Shown here: piece after piece, positions 57,683-64,000 of the stretch | Layout of the letters: every line of letters begins with the position of its first letter | Position numbering within the stretch: position 1 is the stretch's first letter | DNA from: an uncultured Pelagibacteraceae bacterium | Lineage (GTDB): Bacteria; Pseudomonadota; Alphaproteobacteria; Pelagibacterales; AG-422-B15 | Length of the DNA: 64,000 nucleotides | Direction of reading: 5' to 3' | Assembly: GCA_902519835.1 (NCBI GenBank) | Contig: CABYLU010000003.1 | Span: forward strand, 24,916 to 88,915 | Translations under genes and position numbers: made by a program | The notes under the pieces: generated by a model | The model's input: the letters and a program-made list of their open reading frames with translations, nothing else | Told to the model about the DNA's origin: nothing | The model's database searches: none

Positions 57683-58305
57683 TGCTGTTGGTTGGTGTAA
57701 CGGGATCTATTGGGATGGGAAAATCCACAGTTGCTCAAATGTTTAAAGATCATGGTTACGGCGTGTATAATGCTGACGATACAGTTCATTACATCTACGA
57801 AAACGATGAAGAGGTTATAGAAAAAGTAGAGAGACAGTTTCCAGGCTCAACGAAAGATGGTGTAGTCAATCGATTAGCATTAAGAGATATTCTAAATAAA
57901 GACCCTGATAAATTTAGAGACCTAGAACAAATTGTTCATCCTGTAACAAGGAAATACCAAATAATTTACATAAAAAAATTAATTGAAGAAGGAAAGGTGG
58001 GTTGTGTTTTAGACATTCCATTACTCTTTGAAACTGGAGGAGAAAAATATGTAGACGTTTCTGTGGTGGTTACAGCATCTGAAGCAACACAACAATCCAG
58101 AGTGGTGTTGGAGAGAAAAGTACCGTTAGAAATTTTTAATGCTATTAAAGATCAACAAATGCCAGATAGAGACAAATTAAAAAAAGCAGATTACATCATT
58201 TCAACCGACAATAATATTGAAGATACCAAATCAGAGGTACAAGAAGTTGCTGCAAAAATTAAATTGATTAATCCAAAGGCGTGGAATACCTTCTTTAATC
58301 AATGA
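57682..58305 (+). CDS. coaE: Dephospho-CoA kinase
   Basis: P-loop VGVTGSIGMGKST. GTG start overlapping the aroE stop (TAGTG). Confidence 0.88.
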   Translation: MLLVGVTGSIGMGKSTVAQMFKDHGYGVYNADDTVHYIYENDEEVIEKVERQFPGSTKDGVVNRLALRDILNKDPDKFRDLEQIVHPVTRKYQIIYIKKLIEEGKVGCVLDIPLLFETGGEKYVDVSVVVTASEATQQSRVVLERKVPLEIFNAIKDQQMPDRDKLKKADYIISTDNNIEDTKSEVQEVAAKIKLINPKAWNTFFNQ

Positions 58306-59012
58306 GACAAGTCGTACTTGATACAGAAACCACCGGACTAAGGCCTTCAGAAGGTCACAGAGTCATTGAAATTGCTGCAATAGAAATAATTGATTATCTA
58401 CCCACTGGTAAAACATACCAACAATATATTAATCCCCAGCGAGATGTACCTGATTCATCATTTAAGGTGCATGGATTGAGCTACGAATTTTTAAAAGACA
58501 AACCTTTGTTTGAGCATATTGTATCAGAATTTTTAGAATTTTTAGGTGCGGATCCAATTATTGCTCACAACGTGGACTTTGATGTTGGTTTCTTAAATTA
58601 CGAGCTTAATACTTGTGGCAAAGAATCTCTTAAAAATGACAAAATAGACACCGTCTCGATTGCTAGAGAAAAATTTCCTGGCCAGAGTGTTTCACTTGAT
58701 GCGCTCTGTAAAAGATTTGCAATTGATAACAAGCAGAGAGAAAAACATTCAGCTACAATTGATACTGAGCTCTTAGCCCGTGTGTACATAGAACTAATGG
58801 ATGCTCGCGAACTAAGCCTGGATCTAAGCTCCAAGTCAGTAACAGCGAATTCTACCTCATCTTTTGACACTGAAAAGATCAAGAATAGAAATTTAGCACC
58901 CCGGATTTCTGATCAAGAAAAAAAACTGCATGAAGAATTTATTCAAACATTAGGCGAGCACTCTATTTGGAACAAAATTAATCAATCTAAAAATAATCAA
59001 ACAAGTGAATAA
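58302..59012 (+). CDS. dnaQ: DNA polymerase III epsilon subunit (3'-5' exonuclease)
   Basis: Exo I VVLDTETTGL, Exo II IAHNVDFDVGFL, Exo III HSATIDTELLARVY. Confidence 0.9.
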   Translation: MRQVVLDTETTGLRPSEGHRVIEIAAIEIIDYLPTGKTYQQYINPQRDVPDSSFKVHGLSYEFLKDKPLFEHIVSEFLEFLGADPIIAHNVDFDVGFLNYELNTCGKESLKNDKIDTVSIAREKFPGQSVSLDALCKRFAIDNKQREKHSATIDTELLARVYIELMDARELSLDLSSKSVTANSTSSFDTEKIKNRNLAPRISDQEKKLHEEFIQTLGEHSIWNKINQSKNNQTSE

Positions 59013-59817
59013 CAATATTAATCATACTCCTAGCGATAACGGCAATTATCAACAAGTGCCTACGCCAGCCGCATCAGTACTGCTTATACGAGACATTAAC
59101 CAGCAGATAGAAATCTTTATGATTAAAAGATCGATGAAAACAAATTTTGGCGGTGTATGGGTATTTCCAGGGGGAAAAATTGATAATGAAGATATCTCAA
59201 ATAATTATTTAAAATACAGCCCTCATCTTGATGATGCCTTGGCATCTGAAAGACTTGGATTAAAAAAAAATGGCCTTTCATATTGGGCTGCATGTATCAG
59301 GGAGTGCTTTGAGGAAAGTGGAATTCTTCTTGCGAATAAAAAGGGAGTAAATTTAAAAAATACCGTTCTCAACAAGGATGATCTAAAAATAATAGATCAA
59401 TACAAAAGCAAAATTCTACAAGGTGAAAATATTTTTTATCAAATGATAGATACTTTAAATCTAGAATTAGCAACAAATGAACTCGCATATATTTCACACT
59501 GGGTTACTCCAAAAATAGAGAAAAGAAGATACAGCACTAGATTTTTTATAGCCCGTACAACCGATCAGGTAGCCGTACACGATGGAGTGGAGGGAGTTGA
59601 AAGCAAATGGATTAATCCTGAAGAAGCCCTTCAAGAGAGTAAATCTGGAAATTTTCCTATGATTATGCCAACAATAAAAAATCTTGAGATGATTTGTGGT
59701 TTCACTGATACTGCTGAGCTTCTGTCTACTATGAACAACAAAAATAAAAGTGACATACCTAATGTTGAGCCAGTTTTTGAAATTGTGGACGGTGAACCTA
59801 AATTGGTTCGTTATTAA
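59005..59817 (+). CDS. NUDIX-family hydrolase with a split Nudix box
   Basis: GGKIDNE (G-x5-E) is separated by ~30 residues from RECFEESGI (REUxEExGU). GTG start overlapping the dnaQ stop. 270 aa. Confidence 0.65.
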   Translation: MNNNINHTPSDNGNYQQVPTPAASVLLIRDINQQIEIFMIKRSMKTNFGGVWVFPGGKIDNEDISNNYLKYSPHLDDALASERLGLKKNGLSYWAACIRECFEESGILLANKKGVNLKNTVLNKDDLKIIDQYKSKILQGENIFYQMIDTLNLELATNELAYISHWVTPKIEKRRYSTRFFIARTTDQVAVHDGVEGVESKWINPEEALQESKSGNFPMIMPTIKNLEMICGFTDTAELLSTMNNKNKSDIPNVEPVFEIVDGEPKLVRY

Positions 59818-60236
59818 TTATTACTTGTTTTCTTTTTATAGAGTTCAGCAAAGTTCACAGGGTCTAACATAAGTGGCGGTAAAGCACCATCAGCATGTAA
59901 GTCGTAAATAATTCTTCTTGCAAATGGAAAAAGTTGTCTCGGACATTCTACCAGTAAGTAAGCTTCTTTAACATCGTCAGTAAGATTTTCAATTTCAAAT
60001 ATTCCAACGTACTTTAGGTCTACAATATACAAACTCTGATCCGCGCGTGAAGCGTTTACACTTACGTTCAGCTCGACTTCATAAATATTGGTATCTTTTC
60101 TATTTTGTGCTTTGACATCAACGTTTGCATTAATATTGGGTCGATCGCTACCAGGTTGAAATGATCCTGGTCCATTAGGATTTTCAAATGATAAGTCTCT
60201 AACAAATTGTGTAATAATTTTTGTTTTTACATCCAC
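59814..60236 (-). CDS. secB: Protein-export chaperone SecB
   Basis: 140 aa with blocks YVRDLSFENP-type (FVRDLSFENP) and CPRQLFPFARRII. Confidence 0.9.
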   Translation of the reverse strand: MDVKTKIITQFVRDLSFENPNGPGSFQPGSDRPNINANVDVKAQNRKDTNIYEVELNVSVNASRADQSLYIVDLKYVGIFEIENLTDDVKEAYLLVECPRQLFPFARRIIYDLHADGALPPLMLDPVNFAELYKKKTSNN

Positions 60237-60238
60237 TA

Positions 60239-60667
60239 TTATTTTTCCTCTTCATCAATATCAATGAATTCACCTTCAATGGTATTTTTATTTTGATTAC
60301 TTTGCTTACCATATCTAGAAAGAATGTAACTTGCTACTAACTTTATGAAAATTATTCTAGTGAATGGTATCAATCCTAGAAAACCTAAAGCATCAGTAAA
60401 AAATCCAGGAGTAATTAAAAGAATACCAGAGATAAGGATGACTAGCCCTTCAAACATTGTCTGAACAGGTGTTTCTAAATTTTGCAACTGAGATGTTAAC
60501 TTTTGAAATGTACTTATCCCTTGCTGACGGACAAAAAAAACACCCACAATTGCAGTGATGAATATAAGTATTATGGTGTAGAACGATCCAATAATGCTCC
60601 CAATTTCAATAAATAAACTAATTTCAATGATTGGGACTAGTATAAAAAGTGCGATAAATAAAAACAA
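60239..60667 (-). CDS. fxsA: FxsA family membrane protein
   Basis: TM segments plus the signature LLITPGFFTDALGFLGLIPFTR. Confidence 0.75.
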   Translation of the reverse strand: MFLFIALFILVPIIEISLFIEIGSIIGSFYTIILIFITAIVGVFFVRQQGISTFQKLTSQLQNLETPVQTMFEGLVILISGILLITPGFFTDALGFLGLIPFTRIIFIKLVASYILSRYGKQSNQNKNTIEGEFIDIDEEEK

Positions 60668-60734
60668 AATAAGTAAGTAATTGTTGAAAGTTTAGTTTAA
60701 ATACCTAAATAAGGACTCTATAATATTTGATTAA

Positions 60735-61349
60735 ATGAGTGAAGCATTTCAATATATTGATATTCTAATCCTAGCAATAATAGCAGGAATAGTTCTTTTA
60801 CGCCTTAGAAGTGTTCTTGGAAGGCGAACTGGCCATGAAAAAACAGATAAAACTTCATATAACTATGAAACTCCTCAACAATCTTCAGAAGAAAAAGTTG
60901 TAACTATCGAACCAAAAGTTGATTCAGGTTCAAGAGAAGATGGCTGGTTTGACAAAGATGACTTTTTACGCGGCGCATCAAATGCATATGAAACGATTGT
61001 CACAAATTTTGAAAATGGCAATAAAGATGCCCTTAAGCCTTTGCTATCTAATGAAGTATTACACAGCTTCACGTCAGTAATAGATGAACGAAATAGTAAA
61101 AACGAAACTGTAGAATTTAATTTTATAGGTATAGAAAAATCTGAAATTGTTCACAAAGACCTGAAAAAAAATCCTATGGAAGTAACAGTGAGATTTATTT
61201 CAGAAATGATTACATGTATTAAAAACAGTAAAGATGAAGTAATTTCAGGCAGTCTTAATCAGGTGCAAAAGATTACAGACGTTTGGACTTTTGAAAAAAT
61301 AAAAGATAAAAAAACTTCTAATTGGTTATTAACAGCGACCTCTGATTAA
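60735..61349 (+). CDS. Tim44-like domain membrane-anchored protein
   Basis: N-terminal TM (ILILAIIAGIVLL) plus a C-terminal Tim44-like domain (FLRGASNAYETIV...DVWTFEK...NWLLTAT). Conserved neighbour of secB in alphaproteobacteria. Confidence 0.75.
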   Translation: MSEAFQYIDILILAIIAGIVLLRLRSVLGRRTGHEKTDKTSYNYETPQQSSEEKVVTIEPKVDSGSREDGWFDKDDFLRGASNAYETIVTNFENGNKDALKPLLSNEVLHSFTSVIDERNSKNETVEFNFIGIEKSEIVHKDLKKNPMEVTVRFISEMITCIKNSKDEVISGSLNQVQKITDVWTFEKIKDKKTSNWLLTATSD

Positions 61350-61774
61350 TTAATCAAATACTTATTTAACTTTTCTTTTATATTGTCTGGAATTTTAGAG
61401 GACTTCATACTTTTTTGGTCTGTGTTTACCCAAGTAATAACTGCTTCATTTATTATTTCATCGGATCCAGATCTATAAATTTCTTGTGTAAAAGTCATAC
61501 TCGAATTTCCAAGTTTTTTTATTCCTGTGTAAACTTCGAGCTGATCGTTTAATCTTGCAGGACTTTTAAAATTCATTTGCACACCAACCGTGTGAAAATC
61601 GTTATTAGTCTTTTTTACATATTCATCCTGATCAAAACAATCTTCGAGCATCTCACTGAGAGAAATGTCAAAATATGTCAAATAATGTGAATTATAAACT
61701 ATTCTTTGACAATCAACTTCTGAGTAACGAACCTTTATCTTGTTTAAATGAGTTTTTTTTGTTCTCAGTGACAT
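61346..61774 (-). CDS. Acyl-CoA thioesterase, 4HBT/YbgC family
   Basis: 142 aa with a hotdog-fold N-terminal pattern VRYSEVDCQRIVYNSHYLTYFD. Confidence 0.8.
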   Translation of the reverse strand: MSLRTKKTHLNKIKVRYSEVDCQRIVYNSHYLTYFDISLSEMLEDCFDQDEYVKKTNNDFHTVGVQMNFKSPARLNDQLEVYTGIKKLGNSSMTFTQEIYRSGSDEIINEAVITWVNTDQKSMKSSKIPDNIKEKLNKYLIN

Positions 61775-61779
61775 AAAAA

Positions 61780-63084
61780 TTAGAGAATGAACTTGGAAAG
61801 ATCAGTATCTTTAGATAACTCATTCACATTACCTTTAACATAGTTTGCATCAATTGTAATTTTTTCTCCACCTTTATCTGCTGCAGAAAAACTTATATCT
61901 TCTAACACCCTCTCAAGAATGGTATGCAAACGACGAGCGCCAATATTTTCAATAGTTGAGTTTATATCCACAGCTAATGTTGCAATTGCATCGATTCCGT
62001 CCTCACTAAAGCTGATTTTTACATCTTCAGTACCCATCAGTGCCTCATACTGTTTTATCAGGCTATATTTGGGTTCTGTTAGGATACGTTTAAAGTCGTC
62101 TTGTGAAAGTGCCTTGAGATTGACCCTTATTGGTAATCTGCCTTGTAACTCTGGCAATAGATCAGATGGTTTTGACAGTTGAAAGGCTCCAGAAGCTATA
62201 AAAAGTATGTGATCAGTTTTGATTGTTCCGTGTTTAGTGTTAACTGTTGTTCCCTCAATTAAAGGTAACAAATCTCTTTGAACACCTTCCCTTGAAACAT
62301 CACCACCAACCCTTTCACTTCTTGCGCAAACTTTGTCTATTTCATCAATAAATACAATTCCATTGTCTTCGACTGCTTTTTTTGCCTCATTCACAATGTG
62401 ATCAGTATCAATTAACTTATCTGACTCTTCGTTAACCAAGATCTCATAAGAGTCGGCAACTGTTGTTTTCTTCTTTTTAGTTTTTGGTCCCATAGCTTTA
62501 CCAAGCATATCGTTTAGGTTTATCATTCCTATACCAGCACCTTGTCCACCTTGAAGGTCGATTGTTGGAAATGATCCTGTATCTTGAACAGCTATTTCAA
62601 TTTCTTTTTCATTGAGTTCATTATTTCTCAGTTTTTTTCTGAAACTTTCTCTTGTAGCAGGCCCAGAACCTGGCCCAACTAAAGCGTCTAACACACGTTC
62701 TTCAGCAGCTAATTGTGCTTTTGCCTTTACTTCTTTTCTCTTTATCTCACGAACCATTGTAATTGCTATTTCAATCAAATCACGAACAATGGACTCCACG
62801 TCTCTACCTACATACCCAACTTCTGTAAATTTCGTTGCTTCAACTTTTATAAACGGTGCTTGTGCTAATTTTGAGAGCCTTCTAGAAATTTCAGTTTTAC
62901 CAATTCCAGTAGGGCCAATCATTAAAATATTTTTTGGAAGAACCTCTTCTCTCATATCCTCTGGTAATTGCTGGCGTCGCCAACGATTCCTTAATGCTAT
63001 GGCTACAGATTTTTTTGCATCATCTTGGCCGATAATATATCTATCAAGTTCGGAAACAATTTCCCTTGGTGAAAATGCTTGCAT
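61780..63084 (-). CDS. hslU: ATP-dependent protease ATPase subunit HslU
   Basis: Motifs [15 protein letters not shown] and Walker [10 protein letters not shown]. 434 aa. Confidence 0.97.
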   Translation of the reverse strand: MQAFSPREIVSELDRYIIGQDDAKKSVAIALRNRWRRQQLPEDMREEVLPKNILMIGPTGIGKTEISRRLSKLAQAPFIKVEATKFTEVGYVGRDVESIVRDLIEIAITMVREIKRKEVKAKAQLAAEERVLDALVGPGSGPATRESFRKKLRNNELNEKEIEIAVQDTGSFPTIDLQGGQGAGIGMINLNDMLGKAMGPKTKKKKTTVADSYEILVNEESDKLIDTDHIVNEAKKAVEDNGIVFIDEIDKVCARSERVGGDVSREGVQRDLLPLIEGTTVNTKHGTIKTDHILFIASGAFQLSKPSDLLPELQGRLPIRVNLKALSQDDFKRILTEPKYSLIKQYEALMGTEDVKISFSEDGIDAIATLAVDINSTIENIGARRLHTILERVLEDISFSAADKGGEKITIDANYVKGNVNELSKDTDLSKFIL

Positions 63085-63087
63085 TAT

Positions 63088-63639
63088 CTAATACTCAATT
63101 TTTTCAAGTGTTACATTGCTGTTTGTGAAAACACAAATTTCGCCAGCAATTTTTAGTGACTTTAAAGCAATTTCTTCAGCGGTAAGATCAGTATCAATCA
63201 GCGCTTTAGCAGCGGATAGTGCATAATTACCTCCGCTACCAATTCCAATAATTGATCCATCAGGGTCTAACACATCACCCATTCCAGTAATTAGAAGTGA
63301 TGTAGAAGAGTCTGCAACCGTAAGAAGTGCTTCTAGACGCCTTAAATATTTGTCGGTGCGCCAATCTTTCGCCAGCTCAACACATGCTCTGGTAAGCTGT
63401 TTAGGATGCTTTTCTAGTTTTGCTTCCAGTCTTTCAAATAAAGTAAATGCATCTGCAGTTGCTCCGGCAAAACCAGCGATAACACTACCATCACCTATTT
63501 TTCTAACCTTTTGGGCAGTGCCTTTAATGACTGTATTTCCAAGGCTAACTTGTCCGTCTCCCGCGACAACAACCTGATTGCCTTTTCTTACACTAATAAT
63601 AGTTGTGCCGTGCCATGATTGACTTTGTTGATTTTCCAT
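63088..63639 (-). CDS. hslV: ATP-dependent protease subunit HslV
   Basis: Active-site region [23 protein letters not shown] with the short alphaproteobacterial N-terminal extension. 183 aa. Confidence 0.95.
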   Translation of the reverse strand: MENQQSQSWHGTTIISVRKGNQVVVAGDGQVSLGNTVIKGTAQKVRKIGDGSVIAGFAGATADAFTLFERLEAKLEKHPKQLTRACVELAKDWRTDKYLRRLEALLTVADSSTSLLITGMGDVLDPDGSIIGIGSGGNYALSAAKALIDTDLTAEEIALKSLKIAGEICVFTNSNVTLEKIEY

Positions 63640-63647
63640 GCTGAGTG

Positions 63648-63677
63648 TTATGTGGCTATTTATTTATTAACTTCAAG
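63648..63677 (-). promoter_or_regulatory. Candidate sigma-32 (RpoH)-type promoter for hslVU
   Basis: On the minus strand: CTTGAA (63677-63672)-N16-CCACATAA (63655-63648), compared with CTTGAA-N13-17-CCCCATNT. Only 8 nt separate the -10 element from the hslV ATG, so the leader would be extremely short. Confidence 0.3.
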
Positions 63678-63754
63678 CCCTGACTTTTCATTAAAAATTA
63701 CATTTTTTATAGATAATTCAGTGATTTATTGATAGAAACCGACTGGATTTTGTT

Positions 63755-64000
63755 ATGAGAACAGCAGAGTATAAAAGAGACACGAAAGAAACCTCTATCT
63801 CTGTCGATATTAATATCGACGGAACAGGTAAGTACGATATCAAGACTGGCATAGGATTTCTTGACCATATGCTTGAACAACTGTCAAAGCACTCACTGAT
63901 TGATATGAAGATAAAAGCAACAGGAGATACTCACATTGATTATCACCATACAACTGAGGATACAGGCATTGCAATTGGTGAATGTTTATCAAAAGCATTA
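63755..64000 (+). CDS. hisB: Imidazoleglycerol-phosphate dehydratase (5' part; continues beyond the window)
   Basis: Not in the ORF track because there is no stop within the window. Manual translation from the ATG at 63755: [78 protein letters not shown]..., which carries the diagnostic HisB motifs. Confidence 0.9.
   Translation, partial: MRTAEYKRDTKETSISVDINIDGTGKYDIKTGIGFLDHMLEQLSKHSLIDMKIKATGDTHIDYHHTTEDTGIAIGECLSKAL

Noticed and set aside
60239-60667. FxsA (historically linked to phage T7 exclusion) as a sign of a phage-defence locus
   Set aside because: It is a single conserved membrane protein in its usual secB/Tim44 neighbourhood, with no adjacent nucleases, ATPases, methylases or other defence-type genes.
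62612-63091. A long 159-aa ORF antisense to hslU. Similar antisense or alternate-frame ORFs occur elsewhere: 56323-56661 and 56358-56603 in maf, 38180-38497 in the porin gene, 25616-25939 in gltA, 12935-13213 in lipA, 44497-44757 in holA, 58598-58882 in dnaQ, and others in the track.
   Set aside because: All lie entirely within well-supported conserved genes. They have no RBS or family resemblance and show the low-complexity composition typical of shadow frames. I treat them as artefacts of codon bias.
1-64000. Search for tRNA/rRNA genes, CRISPR arrays, transposases, integrases, phage genes, and riboswitch-sized structured leaders
   Set aside because: Intergenic spacers are almost all under 100 bp and AT-rich. 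The few longer ones (796-1002, 38850-39081, 55999-56271, 63640-63754) show no cloverleaf-like GC-rich segments, no regularly spaced direct repeats and no recognisable riboswitch cores. No ORF resembles a mobile-element or phage protein.

Overview
This is a 64-kb, very AT-rich, tightly packed stretch of alphaproteobacterial housekeeping DNA that looks Pelagibacterales/SAR11-like. That lineage call rests on synteny and composition only, because I could run no database search. I can support about 70 protein genes. Many are joined by 1-14 nt start/stop overlaps (ATGA, TAATG). I recognised no rRNA, tRNA, CRISPR array, transposase, integrase, prophage or defence island.

The window splits into two blocks.

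- Block A (1 to ~33100): the edge of an envelope-glycosylation cluster, then hflX-dat-trkA-ntrX-ntrY / ispDF-pgpA-cinA / ratA-lipA-ftsB-eno-kdsA-pyrG-secG-tpiA / ppiD-trpEGDC-lexA-gltA / lpxI-lpxA-fabZ-lpxD-skp-bamA-dxr.
- Block B (~33100 to 64000): the classical alphaproteobacterial origin-proximal region, ftsK-lolA ... leuS-(TPR sulfotransferase)-lptE-holA / parB-parA-rsmG-mnmG-mnmE ... rho-hemJ-hemH-hemE | maf-aroE-coaE-dnaQ ... secB, fxsA, hslUV, hisB.

The strongest anomaly is the seam between the blocks at ~33.10 kb. A dxr gene lacking its 5' part and an ftsK gene lacking its 5' part meet head to head at an AGATCT palindrome, and base composition and amino-acid bias change across it. I read this as most likely a chimeric join (assembly or cloning), or less likely a real rearrangement. 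It should be resolved before either half is interpreted together.

Other supported signals:
- a candidate oriC in the hemE-maf spacer;
- a perfect consensus parS inside rsmG;
- an alphaproteobacterial GAAC-N7-GAAC SOS box in front of lexA;
- a TPR-sulfotransferase translationally coupled between leuS and lptE;
- a cluster of TGTGA/TCACA palindromes in the divergent porin/lipoprotein control region;
- reduced versions of conserved clusters (hfq, dusB-ntrBC, lpxB and rseP absent from their usual places).

I do not see a convincing novel multi-gene system. The unknown-function candidates are listed with modest scores. All calls come from reading the supplied translations and the sequence by eye. 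GC values are rough hand counts.
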